A stretch of DNA of 63,837 nt, the filler included, from Phoronis australis (lineage: Eukaryota > Animalia > Phoronida), in NCBI GenBank assembly GCA_002633005.1. It is 8 parts of 8 records of this genome, joined end to end, with 100 filler letters (N's around TTAATTAATTAA, not from the genome) between each part and the next. Parts side by side here need not be neighbours in the genome. Positions count along the whole stretch, not along the records: positions 1 to 24,602 come from NMRA01001222.1; positions 24,703 to 31,897 come from NMRA01002056.1; 6 more parts are not named here. One strand, written 5' to 3'. Position 1 is the stretch's first letter. The number at the start of each line of letters is the position of its first letter. The position numbers and the translations under genes are program-made. Positions 12,354 to 25,891 of the stretch are shown here, one piece after another. Under the pieces are notes generated by a model. It worked only from the letters and a program-made list of their open reading frames with translations. It made no database searches and was not told where the DNA came from.

Positions 12354-14802
12354 TGCCTCCATGTCTGGTCACAGCTTGTGTGCAAGATTACAGATCTCTG
12401 CACTGCTCTCTACAACTGAAAGCCTTAAGTGTGTGAGTTCCAACAAACACTTGATACGTGTGTGACAGCCTTGTTGTCCACTTGACATTTACTTAAGTGT
12501 TGGGGTTTTTAATGAGTCTGACTCCGAAGATCCATTTGTTATTATAGTCCATGACTGAGGTAGATAGCAGGGTCTCCATGTGCTGGCTTGTAATAATGCA
12601 CTAGTTCTTCTAAGTACTCAATGTATCTATTTTGTCTGGTAGAAGAGGTCAAGAGGTCAGAATCACTCAGGATACCATTAACAGAAGCTTGAATGGAAAT
12701 AGATTGTGTGTTTTACAATGGGAATTAAGAGTTTTCCTTGTGTCAAGGTCAGGGTGAAAATCAATCCTATTTTTACCATAGAGTTTGCTTAAGCTTGTAA
12801 AGATTTTTAAAATGAAGGGTTGGAGAAGTAGAGAATCTTGACCAGGTCCTCAGTCTGTGCTGCATTCCTACATTGTTGATGCTGACGCCTGAGGGTTGCC
12901 CTTTCCAAAGTCAACTTTCATACCTTTTCACTTTGAACAAAGTTCATTAAAACATGATAGTTCATTATCAGTTTCACAAACCAAGTTATGGCATAAGTTA
13001 CTGAAAAGCCTTCGTAAGNTGCCTCCATGTCTGATCACAGCTTGTGTGCAAGATTACAGATCTCTGCACTGCTCTCTACAACTGAAAGCCTTAAGTGTGT
13101 GAGTTCCAACAAACACTTGATACGTGTGTGACAGCCTTGTTGTCCACTTGACATTTACTTAAGTGTTGGGGTTTTTAATGAGCTGTGGCCATGTACTGCT
13201 AAAGTTATTGTTAAGTTAGAAAGTCATTGGCAATGATGGTGACACCTGTTTAACAAACTGGTCACTACCTTTTTAGACAGGTCATGGGCCATTCAAACGT
13301 GTAGCAAATGCTGGACAACGGTCGCAGCGGTTCGTTAAAAGAGGTTGTAGGGAGCACTGCTGTGGTACAAGTTACATTTGTGATTTTTTTTGTTTTTAAC
13401 GAGGATTCCATATGGTGCATGTTAATCGTTACAGCGTAGTTTGAGGGTGTAGCGTAGTGTGCAGTGTGTGATCAGAGAACTAATGTAGGAAGAGCACCCT
13501 CTGGTGGTGGTCAGGAGAGGCTGCTTGGTGGGTCAACATGGGGTCGGGATTGTCCCAAAGAACTGTGGTACAAGGGAGGAGAGAAAGCGTTTTGTATATT
13601 TATGTAGAGTGTCATACATGGAGTGATGAAATACCTATTGTGAGTTGGGTTGAGCGGGATAAAAATGTGCGTATGGGATGGTGACATTCTGATGCACAGT
13701 TTTGTGGAGTTTGGTTAGTTTGGTGATGTATTGACGAAATTCGACAATTTTCTAGTTCAGTTATTCGACCATGTGGCTAACTGAGGAAGTGTTGTTATCA
13801 GTTAAGGATGAATCTTGCTGTTCATAGCTGCATAATCTTGAGTCTGACTCCGAAGATCCATTTGTTATTATAGTCCATGACTGAGGTAGATAGCAGGGTC
13901 TCCATGTGCTGGCTTGAGAGGGCGCTGCGCCCTTCAAGGATTTCAGATGTTAACTTTACTCCTTGCTCGAATTCTTCTTCTTGTCTACCTTCTTTTAATT
14001 TGTTTAGACATCAAAATTTTATCTGCCATGTTTTCAGTCCTCTTAAATTTGGTATTAAGACAAGCTGGGTTTACAATCTTAATCCCCGCCATCTATGCAG
14101 TGATCAGATTTAACAGCTGAAGTTCCTTTCAAATTCATCCAGTCGGGACTAATATAACTTTCTCATTAAAAATCCCAGCTCCAGCCACCTGAAATTTCAC
14201 TATGTCTTACAACAGTATTAGGACTGATGTCAGTGGTGGAGTTCAGAAACTTTGACTGGAGGGTCTCTGGTTCCTTCACCTTATAGACAAGTTCATTTCA
14301 AGTGCAGGGTTGATTGCTCAGCATGTGGCACAGGATTCAAGACTAACAATAGTGTCTAAGATAACCCCCTTATGTAATAATGCACTAGTTCTTCTAAGTA
14401 CTCAATGTATCTATTTTGTCTGGTAGAAGAGGTCAAGAGGTCAGAATCACTCAGGATACCATTAACAAAAGCTTGAATGGAAATAGATTGTGTGTTTCAC
14501 AATGGGAATTAAAAGTTTTCCTTGTGTCAAGGTCAGGGTGAAAATCAATCCTATTTTTACCATAGAGTTTGCTTAAGCTTGTAAAGATTTTTAAAATGAA
14601 GGGTTGGAGAAGTAGAGAATCTTGACCAGGTCCTCAGTCTGTGCTGCATTCCTACATTGTTGATGCTGACGCCTGACGGTTGCCCTTTCCAAAGTCAACT
14701 TTCATACATTTTCGCTTTGAACAAAGTTCATTAAAACATGATAGTTCATTATCAGTTTCACAAACCAAGTTATGGCATAAGTTACTGAAAAGCCTTTGTA
14801 AG
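12354..14802. repeat. Two allele-like copies either side of a single N; the second carries 660-bp and 458-bp extra segments
   Basis: 12354-13018 (665 bp) aligns to 13020-14802 after removing 13183-13842 and 13917-14374; lengths add up exactly. Confidence 0.85.
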
Positions 14803-17777
14803 TTTATGGGTGAGTGCAAGCTTCGAAATCAAAATTGAAAAACTGTCATTTGTGGACTATGATGGAAATACGTTTTTTTTAAACTTTTTTATGCTGTCCG
14901 CGCATTGATTGTCCTTCTTAAATTATTCTTTAGTTAAACCATAGGGTTATTTGTCTTTCTTAGTTTGTTGGTTTGTTGTTATATGGTATTATGTTATTTT
15001 GTTGTCTGTCGTTGAATAAATCAATCAATCAAAAAGAATTGATGGGAACAATTAAAATTCAAAACTTGTGAAAACTCATTGTAATATCGGCCGGCGTTAT
15101 GGAGCCAGGTGCGTGCCACTTGAGAGAAAACTGTAACGATTTATTCCATAAGTTTTGGTATATAACTTAACATCAGCTTGCTCACCTGGATGAATGATAC
15201 TCTCCAGTCTACATTTTAACGATCATGAACAAATTTGGCAGAAATTCTCAGATAAGCTCAAAGTATGAAGTGTCATCCATTTTTTGGCCTGGAACTACAG
15301 ACGACTTACACGTGATGACCTGCAGACATTCAAACTCGCGATTTTTTATTTTTACTAGATTTTCTATCTTGAATGTAAGGGTCAACAGGTACAAAACTTT
15401 TATTGCCTGACATACTCATCTAGATAACTAATAATATACTGACATGTACACCATAATCAGAAACATAGAGTTACACCCTCACAGTCAATGGAGAACTATG
15501 GCTGTGGTGATTATCAAATTTCTCGTATTTTTTCGTTGCCCGGTTGTCATGGATACAAATCCGTGACTACATCTCCGAATTCCAGCTGTGATACTCCAAA
15601 CTCCAGCCTAACACCACCATACACCAAACCCACATTTGAAATCCTAGACCCATGCCCCTAAATTCCACACGTACAAACATCGAAAATACCCCATACCCGG
15701 ATATCGGGAGCAAATTCTAGACTGGGGAACTAAATTCTTTACCTGTTCTTATTGAGCATACTTTTGTCAAAGTGGAGCTCATATCTACAGGGGCTTCGTT
15801 CACCTGAGGAGAAAGGTGCCTGTGCCTTCTGAGAAGGTAATTTCTTGGTTGAGGGGAAAATTCTACACGTGGTCAGCATCAATAGTACCACCACCACTTT
15901 GGCTAGCTGTCACAGACTCTGCCTCAAGTAGCCAAAACTAACATTTTGTGCCAGTTTCAAATCATCGCCTGTGTGAATGACAAGTGATTTGAACCTCTAG
16001 GACAATTTCTTATCACTTGAAGGGAAGTTATGGGCATCATGAGGGTAATTTTGCGTAATTTATAATATTTTTTCACGGGAATGGGGCTGATATTCACCCC
16101 CAAAATCAAAGGATTGAGGGCCCTGATTTAACTTGATAAAGGACTTATTTTTTATTTGATCGTGCTTTGAAGCTTACCATTTATGTCCTGCTGAAGCAGT
16201 GTTCAAATAAATGCTATACTTTTAGTGATGAACAAATCTTACCAAGCGTTGGTAGGCGACCGTTATACATTGAATCCCTTCAATGAATTAAACTTGTTAT
16301 TGTTAGTGATTTTTGTTGAGAAATTTGTCGGAATGAAATTCACTTTTCCTGCATGCTGTGGTCTACCAAATTGTAAGATTTAAAATTCTCATAGGTTTTT
16401 AAGTCAACACTGATTTAGGAGCGACATTACCATTTTACATGTATGTTTCAGTCTAGGCAGGTATTTTCAGTGTCCCAAAATAATGCCATCCATGTCAGGT
16501 TATCAACTGAACCGGTGAGTTTTTATTTGAAAAATTCCTGTCTTATCAAGACAGTAAGTATAAACGTTGGACTAGTGTAAGAGACCAATGATAATTTCAA
16601 TTTCAAGTGTATGGGATAAGATTTTTGAAAGTGCACACATGGTTATCTTGTTTATTTTGCAACGGTGCATTACTGTATAAATTGCTCAATAAAACAACCA
16701 GCATGAAAGACAAGTGGATACTGCCACCAAATGTTATTAGGTTAAATTTCGAGCAAATTTTGTTGGTAGTTGAGAATTTTTTATCGGGCACGTTATGTAG
16801 GACTTGGGATAGAAAAGCAAGACATGCTAGGGAAATTCACCTGGAAAAGCCCAATGTTTCAAAATGTCTGTGAATGAAAGAAATTTCCTTTTCTTCTGTG
16901 TCAACTGGACCTGTCTTGCACACCAGAATTAAAATTCGGCCAACCGAGACACTTTTGTGGTTTCACAACACTAAAGAGTTATGAATCGTACGTGGAATTG
17001 AAGTAAACCCAAGGAATGTGATTGTAATCTTTTGGTTTTTAAAATATTTTTACTCGAAAATGCTAGGATATAGATAATAGATTCATTCCATGATTTTTCT
17101 TTTTCAAAAACAAAAAAAATTGATTTCGTAAATGTAAAATTTTGTTTTTCCGTTTTGTGAATTAGCAAATTCCGTTTTATTATTTCTAACACGAATCAGG
17201 TTCTGAAATATGCGGCAACTCTGTTTTACTGATACCTTGACGAAAGTTTTGTTTACCATTTTTTAAAACGGGACGAAGAACAGTGCCACCTTGTATGAAT
17301 AATTACTTGAAAGTGAATATTTCAGCTGCAAAACGGTTGTCGATCGATTTGTGTCCAGAATCATTGTGTTTGATAGATTATATTCTTAAATTCTGAAATA
17401 AAATACTAGAATTATGGTAGGTTGTATTGAGATATGTGAATTCTATTTGAAATTTCTACTTTTGTGAGAGAAGTCGATTCCGAACATTTTCAGTTATCCC
17501 AGAAACTCTGTGGTTTGTAATGTTACAGAAGAAGAAAATGAAGTATAGAAATCAATAATTTATCCCATTTGATACAGTTATATTGAGCTATACTTTACTG
17601 TCTGCAGAGCTATTTCAAGCATGTGATACTTATGCAATCAGTGATTTCTGCAGACAAGCGAGTGCTGTACAGAGCTTTAGTCTTGACACAATCCATGCCA
17701 TAATATGGAGTTGTGATTTTAGCAGCTGGTCAATAGAGGGCACTGCTATTGACCCACATATTGATGCAACTGTCTGA

Positions 17778-17900
17778 TACCAAGTTACTGTGTGTTCATA
17801 CTAAGTTACTGTGTGTTTTTCATACCAATTTACAGTTACTGTGTGTTCATACCAAGTTACTGTGTGTTCATACCAAGTTACTGTATGTTCATACCAAGTT
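17778..17900. repeat. ~21-bp minisatellite (TACCAAGTTACTGTGTGTTCA)n
   Basis: About 5-6 imperfect tandem copies. Confidence 0.85.
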
Positions 17901-18805
17901 CCGGTGATGACCTGGCTTCACACTTTTTTCTTTGAGAGATGTTGATGAAAAGACTGACTGAAAATTGTAGATATGTCTGCTGTATGTCGACTTTGTTTGC
18001 AGTTTCACTTAGTTGAATTTTCAACATTTCCGTTCTTATCTTGGTAGTAAGAGCCATCTGGCTGTGATTTGCTCTTGGTCGGCACTGCAATGTGTACTGA
18101 GTTTATCAATGATGGGACTTTGCAGAAAATTGATAGTTTCCTGTGAAATTCAAACTTTCACTTTTATTTCATAAAGTATGATAAAATCCCACCTAATTCA
18201 CTGAATTAGTCTAAAATATCCAGTACTCGTAGCCTTGAACAATATAGGAATTTTAAAATAGTGTTTAAAATAATGTTTAAAATATTGTTTAAGCATTTGT
18301 TTGGTGCATCTTTTCTTTAAAAAGATAAAGTAAAATTTCACTCGTCTGCTGTGTTCTGTTCGGTACTTAATTGGCGAGAATTAAGTGTTGATGCTCAATT
18401 GGTCAAATCGTTTCATCAATCCCTTGCTCCAAAATCTCAAAAGCGTGGAATCCTTTAAAATTTTAGTTTTCACTATTTTCAGAACACGGCTAAGTATTTT
18501 TAATCAAAATATAATCCGGCGCTATTTATCTCACTTTCCTTTTTATTGCTATGTCTATTGCTCGGCCAACTGTCGTTTCACCGGGCCCCATCCAACAAGG
18601 ATATAATGGCCGCCAAATGGGGTCAGCACCACATTTGATGTCATCTTCTTGGGTGAGGTAATTTGGACTATATCTCTAAGGAAACACCCGCTTGACATAA
18701 TTGACTTTTATGACTGATTTCCTGTTTTCAGTATACCTCTTTACTATGGCCATAAGGTTCTTCCTCGTCAGTTTTGTGAAGTCGTGTTTTGTTGAATTCG
18801 TTAAA

Positions 18806-18880
18806 ATGTCATGCGGACTTTTTCGTAGCAAATCCTTCGGGACAGGCAAAGACTTGATAAAAAAGTTTGATCAAAGAAAG
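18806..18880 (+). CDS. Candidate first coding exon of an unidentified gene (MSCGLFRSKSFGTGKDLIKKFDQRK)
   Basis: Acceptor cctgttttcag| at 18731, AAAATG start context, donor AAG|gtagga. No recognised homology. Confidence 0.3.
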
Positions 18881-21800
18881 GTAGGATTTGTCGAAGGTCT
18901 TTGTATTGGAACATGAGAACCCGAAATGATATCTTGTGACTTCAACAAAAGTATTATATTCCTGTTGCGTTTCAAATTATTTTCCTGTTAAAACTCGCGG
19001 GGGTGTTAAGATTTTGATCTCAGTTGTAACTAGAAATGCGCTTCAGTTTCATTTCTAGATAACATGGAATTTTTTCTGGAATATCTCTTTGTCATTTACA
19101 TTTAATCTTGTCTATGGTGCAGAGTTTAAGTTTGATTGACAAAATTCCAACAGGACTTCAAGAAGTGCAATCTTCAACTAAATTGTGGAAATCTAACGGG
19201 GACTTATCTTAAGATTTGAAACATGGGGTCTAAATTGGGGAGATTGTGGACTGAGGTGCATAATGCCAAAGGTGAGGTCTTGAGGGGAGTTCCATTCTGC
19301 CTAGGGAGAATATTGGAATTTTCGTAAAAAGGGGGGGAGTTTCCTGTCCATTTTGCACTTGTATGTTTTTCTTGTTTAAGTTCAGCAAATATTCAAGATC
19401 CCACATCACCAATAAGTTCATAACTTACTTTTGGACTCAAAAACTATGCTTGATTTTGACATCAATTGTGGGGACCTCAGATTTCGTTTGGCGCCCTGAG
19501 ATTTTAGCTAAGTTGCCAAATGCGACTTGACGTCAAGGTAGGTATCGAGCACCCCTCTTAATAGTTTCTAAAATAACCGTTATTTTTTTAGCTATTACGC
19601 GTAACTTAAGACTGGCAATTGTGGCAAACCCTTTGTCTTGTGCTTCTTATTATTTTACGAAGAAACAAAGAAAAATGCATTTCAGTTGTCTGTAGTGTTT
19701 CATGAGATTTTACTGTGTTGTATCAACATCAGGAAGATCTTAAAACAATTTTGTGTGCCTGTGGGGTGCGCGTGTCCAGTGACCTTAGCACTCAGCTATG
19801 CCATTGTAGCGTGCATCAACACCTGCTGTGGTAACATGCATCCACCATCGCCGTGGCAACAGAAAGCCAATTTGAACATTGATTATTACATTGTTGTTCT
19901 TGATACCTGTGCTCAGAAGTTGTCTTGACTCCAAAACTTTAGAAATTCATGGTATGTATAGACCTAGAATATGAAAAATCACTAACAAATGGATAAATTG
20001 CTCATTGTTGTTGATGTCAATTTTAGAGTTGAGGTTGCTATCGGCTGTTACAAATGTTTCATCATGTTCACTTGCATTTTAGCGAAATGCACCTTGTCCA
20101 AATTTTGAAGAATTGTTTTTTAGTATCAATTTCAGTTTCATGTACCCAATTTCATGAAACTTCCCAATTGAAGAATTTTGACATACTATTTAAGAATTAT
20201 TCCAGTTACCAAGGGCATTGCTACTTACAATGGCTTATAAAACATGAAATATGGAATATTATAAATGCTTCATTCAAAATATACTTAATTCTTCATTAAT
20301 GCAATTTCCCCCAGCCAGAAATCTTCCTCATGTGAGGTCATCCCTTCAGTGCCTCCCCTGTAGTTGAATGTGGGATTGAATTACATGTAGGTCAAAGGTC
20401 ATGAATGAGATGTCAGTGATAAAAGGTTGTACAGGCTGAGGTTAATTTGTGAGTTGAACATGACATGCTAAAGATGTGTGTGAGTGGATACGGCCAATGG
20501 TTTTACCTGTAACGCGGAGACTATTGGAGTCAATATGAAGCGTGTAGTTAGCATGATAAGCTTGGTAAGTGTATGTCTGAGCCAAAGACTGAGCACTATA
20601 TATATATGTATATATAATCGTGAGTAATCCTGATATATTTAAATTCACTGCTTCATTCCAAGATTCACGCTTTTCGCCAAGAGATCAGTCATGTTTTACT
20701 TGGCAGTGCCGTATTTGACAGTAGCTTAAAAGCTTACACCTGACATTGGGGAAAATTCTTCAGTTTGTGATTGCTTTCCAAAGACTCGCTGGTATAGTCA
20801 TTCTGTTTTTTCCATGCTCGTTAGTAAAATGTTTACAGATGGTTGAGAGGATGATCATGACTCATGACGTTGGTCATAGATTTGGAGTAAAGGAATTGTC
20901 ACACAGGCGATTGCTTGCCCAATACTATTAGGCTGACAGTTGATATTGGATGGGTGCTACTTTATTTAATCATATCTATGATAAACTAAACTTCTGGCTG
21001 GTTGAGTTGCTATAATGAAGTCATCTCTGTTGATCGTATATCGCTCCACTGAGGTTGCACTGCTTTGGCAGACTGGTATCCTATCTGCTACAGGCTATCC
21101 GTAAAAGGTGGATGATAGCTAGACAATATTGTAGCATGTTGGTTGACTGTAAGATGACATCACGCTTACCCTAGGCAGTTNTTTTCAGTCCCAGGTAATG
21201 ATAAGTCATGCAAATCTAATCGATAAAAGGATACCTCACTCAGTTTTGGTCTATGAACAGATACTGAAAACGACTTTCCCATCCCTGTTCTCTGAAACAA
21301 AATAATGACCTGTAACACTTGACAAACTTCAAAAGTTTGAAGGAAAATTTAAAAACTCCTTTCAAAGTCAGCTAAACAGGCAAGCATGACCTACGCTTTT
21401 CGCGAATTACACGGCAACTGTGGGAAAAGACCACCCATCAAGGAACATAATGTCCAGTCTGTCATGTAAGGAGTGTGAGTTTTTAGTTGACTGCTGCCTT
21501 TAACTTGGAAGACGTTTTAGCAAGTGACAGAACAAAGATTGGTTGAAATCATCAAAACAGGGTTTAGTATCCGTTTAATGTCCCTGGCAGTGCTAAGTCA
21601 TGTCGAAAGCACGAACCTCAAACTGCATAATTCCCTATCTAAACGCTAACTTTACAGGCTGGAAAACTCGACTCAGTTCTATAGAATTCTTGTTGCAGGG
21701 GTGTGGCTTAGTGTTATTGCCGAGCTTGAATCCAACAGGGCGAGATCACATATCTAGATGAGAGACAACTAGGGAAAGTTCAAGCATACATTCTGGGCAA

Positions 21801-22860
21801 TGAGAAGGCGCTATTAGGTATCAACAGTTTTGGTTGACATGAGAGACATGGAAACAGTCGACTGAAGTTGAACAGTCTTTAGTTTACGTAGAGACTGTGG
21901 AAGAGTCTGGGATCTGAAACTGCCACGGAACAAATTTGAAGTGACTAATCCAGCCACATAGACAAACAGTGAGGTCCAGTCAATCCACACGTATGCAGTA
22001 CAAAGTACAGGAGCAAAATCAACATATTACTAAAAACCTCAGCAATACAGACCTACACAAAAGTTTTTGAAGATGGCGTTTCATGTGGCTTTGAAGGGGA
22101 AAAACCAACATTGTTGGTTTCATTTCCTCTAAATATGCAAATCAATAGCTACACTTTAGGCATACTTTTAACATTACATTATTGTTCCCCGCACCTTGTT
22201 GACTACATACAAGCAAAATGACTAAAATGGCATAGTCAGTGTGACTAACATTTCTGCATTCTGTTTCACAAACACAGGTTTTTTGAGACCTTAAAATGAA
22301 ATTATCGGTACGAAAATTTGTTTTCTAACATTAGCATTGCCAATGCACAGAATTGAACTCATGACTTTAGCTGTTGCAGTACAACACTGCTAGAGGAGCT
22401 AAACACCAGTCAATAAAGGCCAAACATTGTAAGGTTATTGAACGGTTCAAGTCACTGGCCTTGATTTTAGTGAATGGTTGGCAGATCTGGTCAAACCTAA
22501 TAACTTTTAGAAGTCTATCCCAACCAACAATCTAAAAAATTGTATTTTTCGGTCACAAATGCAATTATGTACCTTTAAAGGGGCAATAACACCAGAGCAT
22601 CTTGTCAAAAAACAACTTTCGATTGAGGCCACTCAATGTTATAAAATCGGTCTCGTCTCGTTTCTTACTAGGATTAGAAATGATTTCAGGACTTGAGAAG
22701 AACCAAACGGTTACTATAGCTTCAGACAAGGCCCGTCAAGCTGTCATCACCGTTGGTTGGTTTCAAATGCCAGGCAAGGCAGTATTGCAGTCTAGGGCAT
22801 AACAAACAATTTATACTAACCAAATTAAATGCAACCAAAACACCAGAACGTGGTGACGTT

Positions 22861-24271
22861 GTTACTTGGCGAAATAAATTTCGCCAAGTATATTGCTCTG
22901 ACACTTTTTTTTTTGTTTGTTCGCACGATACAGGTCGCAATTTTCGTCCGATCATCACGAAATTTACACATAACACGTACATTTGTTCGCACGATACAGG
23001 TCGCAATTTTTGTCCGATCATCACGAAATTTACACATAACACGTACTTCCGGAAGTCCTGGAAGCCTATTGTTTTTCGTCAAAATCGGATCCAAGATGGC
23101 GGCTGTGGCGGCCATTTTGTTTCCATTTAAAGGTTCAAATGCTTCTGCAGGCTACAATTTTTTACGTAGAAGGCTAAGAATCGGCACAGTAAATGGACCG
23201 GAAGCTTGCTACAAGTACACCGGAAATTGTTTACTTCCGGCTAAAGATGGCGGAAATATCGGCGATCGCGCATGCACACCTCGATTTTGGCTTAAAAACG
23301 TTTTCTCCTCTAGAGGGCGCATTATCAGACCAATTCCTTCGAATTTTTACAGGTCTTAGTTTCTTGTAACATGCTATTACACAAAGCCAAAAAACCGGAA
23401 GTTGCATTCAAGATGGCGGATATGGCTCATGTTGACCCATTTTCAGTCGTCTGGAGCGTGATTTTAAACGGGAAGAGAAAAAGACGTGATTTTTTGCATG
23501 TAGATTCTTTAAAGTATAATCTTTCAAATGACTTGCAACAATTTTTTTCTCAGACTTACCGTTTTCGAGTTATTAGACTTTGTATTTCTTAAAAAAACCC
23601 AAAATTTCATTTTTTTCGAAAAATTTACGGAATTAGACGATACCATCAGTTTATATAGAATTTTGAACGGGCTTTCAGAAGATGTTTTCCATTTTTCGCT
23701 AGAACGTCTAGTTTTCGAGTTATTTTAGATTTTCTGATAACGCTGTTCCTTTGTTGAGCGCTCTTGCTGCATTGATGTTGGTTTATCATTCATTTTTTTT
23801 CGAAAAATTTACGGAATTAGGCGATACCATCAGTTTAGATAGAATTTTGAATGGGATTTCAGAATATGTTTTCCATTTTTCGCTAGGACGTCTACTTTTC
23901 GAGTTATTTGAGATTTTCTGATAACGCTGTTCCTTTGTTGAGCGCTCTTGCTGCATTGATTTTGGTTTCTTCTATTGAACTAGATTGTAGCCTATTTCTT
24001 ATTAATTTATGACATTTAAGTTCGTCATATGAATGTTGTGATGTTGTTCATCATCGCCACCACCATCATCATATTCGTCATCATCGTCGTCATCTCCGTC
24101 TTTTCCTTAATTTCGCCAAGTGTCGCTCAAGACTAGCCTTTTTCTTACTGATTTCGGACTTCTACGTTCGTCATGTGTATGTTATTATTACTTCTTGTGT
24201 TCATCTTCGTCATCATCTTTATCGTCATCTTTTTGGTTAATTTCGCCAAGGTTCGCTCCTCGGAGCGCTTT
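22861..24271 (+). mobile_element. Full-length Helentron-associated (HINE/DINE-1-like) non-autonomous element, family H1
   Basis: 5' hairpin TACTTGGCGAAAT-aa-ATTTCGCCAAGTA; internal tandem duplications (66 bp x2, ~183 bp x2); 3' sub-TIR ATTTCGCCAAG followed by palindrome CGCTCCTCGGAGCG. Related pieces at 1-516 and 36360-36453. Confidence 0.7.
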
Positions 24272-24602
24272 CATTTGATTTCTAGTTCCCTCTTTTTGTG
24301 CCTCTTTTTATCATTATTTTGACTTTTTTCATGTAAAAACATTTATTTCATTTAAATTTAGAACAAAACATATTTCCATCATACAATCCTATTCATTTGT
24401 GGCACGATACATCACCTGGAAAATTGTCCTCTATTTTTTGTCATTGGTCATTCCAAGCTCTGTGTTTTGACAGCTAGTTTTGATGATTTCATGAACTGCA
24501 AAGCCTATTTTCAGACTTTGTTGATAAAAAATGCAGTGTTTGAAATTTGGGAAATGTGATCAACATCAAAACCAACCGTGTCCCAATCTCCAGAATCAAG
24601 AT

Positions 24603-24702
24603 NNNNNNNNNNNNNNNNNNNNNNNNNNNNNNNNNNNNNNNNNNNNTTAATTAATTAANNNNNNNNNNNNNNNNNNNNNNNNNNNNNNNNNNNNNNNNNN
24701 NN
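24603..24702. other. Artificial contig spacer 44N-TTAATTAATTAA-44N (also at 31898, 35941, 41534, 44862, 56094, 62690)
   Basis: Seven identical 100-nt spacers whose core gives stop codons in all six frames. Confidence 0.97.
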
Positions 24703-25120
24703 CNCTGGCACTCGCCACTGGCACTGCACTCAGCTTGGGCCTGAACCGAGGCTTTTACAACAAAGGTATCACCGAAAACAATACCATTTTTAGGATTTAG
24801 AGTTTATATACACAATCTAAAAATGTCATCCCTTTAATAAAATGTAGAACAATGGATTACCTGCTCTTCCAGACATTTTTTCAAGGGACAATGTTAATGA
24901 ATCAACACCACATGAAAGTTACGACCTCAAGCGGGAAATTCACTTGGTATTGAATTCCATTTGATAAATCAATTTACGTAAATACACTATCTGGCCAACA
25001 ACAAATGAACTCGTCAAATGTCAGTGTGATTAAAAAATGATAACTTTTTTAGCAATATTAACAGAATTTCGAGTTGATACGCTTAGATATATGATGTAGT
25101 TCGAAACTGTTTCTTCAATT

Positions 25121-25136
25121 GTTGCCTACTAGCAAC
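25121..25136. promoter_or_regulatory. RFX X-box-like motif upstream of CFAP20DC
   Basis: GTTGCC-tact-AGCAAC, ~660 bp upstream of the ATG. Both half-sites fit the RFX consensus; the spacer is one base longer than the usual 0-3. Confidence 0.4.
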
Positions 25137-25797
25137 AAATATGGTGGACGAAGCCGAATTAGGAGCTGTCACTCTGTGTTCTATTGGGTGAAGATTTTGT
25201 GGATAGAACGCGCTAAATACACGGCTGCATTATGTGATTATATGGAATTAACGTGGCACGAACATTAGTGAAGATGTTTACTGGATTATTTTGACACAGT
25301 ATAGTTAAACCACAAATCACGACGTTCTTGTGAGTTGTGCAGATTGGCAAATTCTGTCAAAATCGAGGACAAGTTGACTGTAGTTGACAAGTCCAGATAA
25401 ATGCCGCATGAGTAAGCTTTAGGCTGGACTAATTTGTCACCAAGATACCCAGGTACAGACGCTATGCGCTAGTTGCTTGTGGTGCTTATTGCTAAACCTG
25501 AGGAGCAAGGAGCAAGGATCGCTTGCAATTCAGCCGTCATACCTTGAAGAAGTCGAAGACTGTGGAGATCGAATCCTGAGAAAGTCTTTGAATTCATTAT
25601 TTACTGACTTTAACCATTTATTCATTTTAATGAATGAATTTGCAGTTTTTAATTACTGCTTACCTGTTGCACTGATGTGACAGAACTCCATCAGAAAATG
25701 GACACGTGCAGTGTTGTTGCAATAACTGTCGTGAGGAAAAGTTCATTTTAAAATTTGGTTTGTGTTGGTTTCTCAGGACTCGCTCATCGTCATCATC

Positions 25798-25818
25798 ATG
25801 TTCAAGAATGATTTCCAG
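25798..25818 (+). CDS. CFAP20DC: CFAP20DC coding exon 1 (MFKNDFQ)
   Basis: Acceptor at 25775-25776; ATG TTC AAG AAT GAT TTC CAG|gtataa; human begins MFKNEYQ. Confidence 0.85.
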
Positions 25819-25891
25819 GTATAAATGTGGAAACACCTTCAATTGTTTAAGATTCACTTAAACTCTCGTTTTCAGACAATGTTTACTATTA

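Noticed and set aside
22722-23728. Cluster of overlapping ORFs with repeated peptides
   Set aside because: Products of 66-bp tandem units inside a non-autonomous element.
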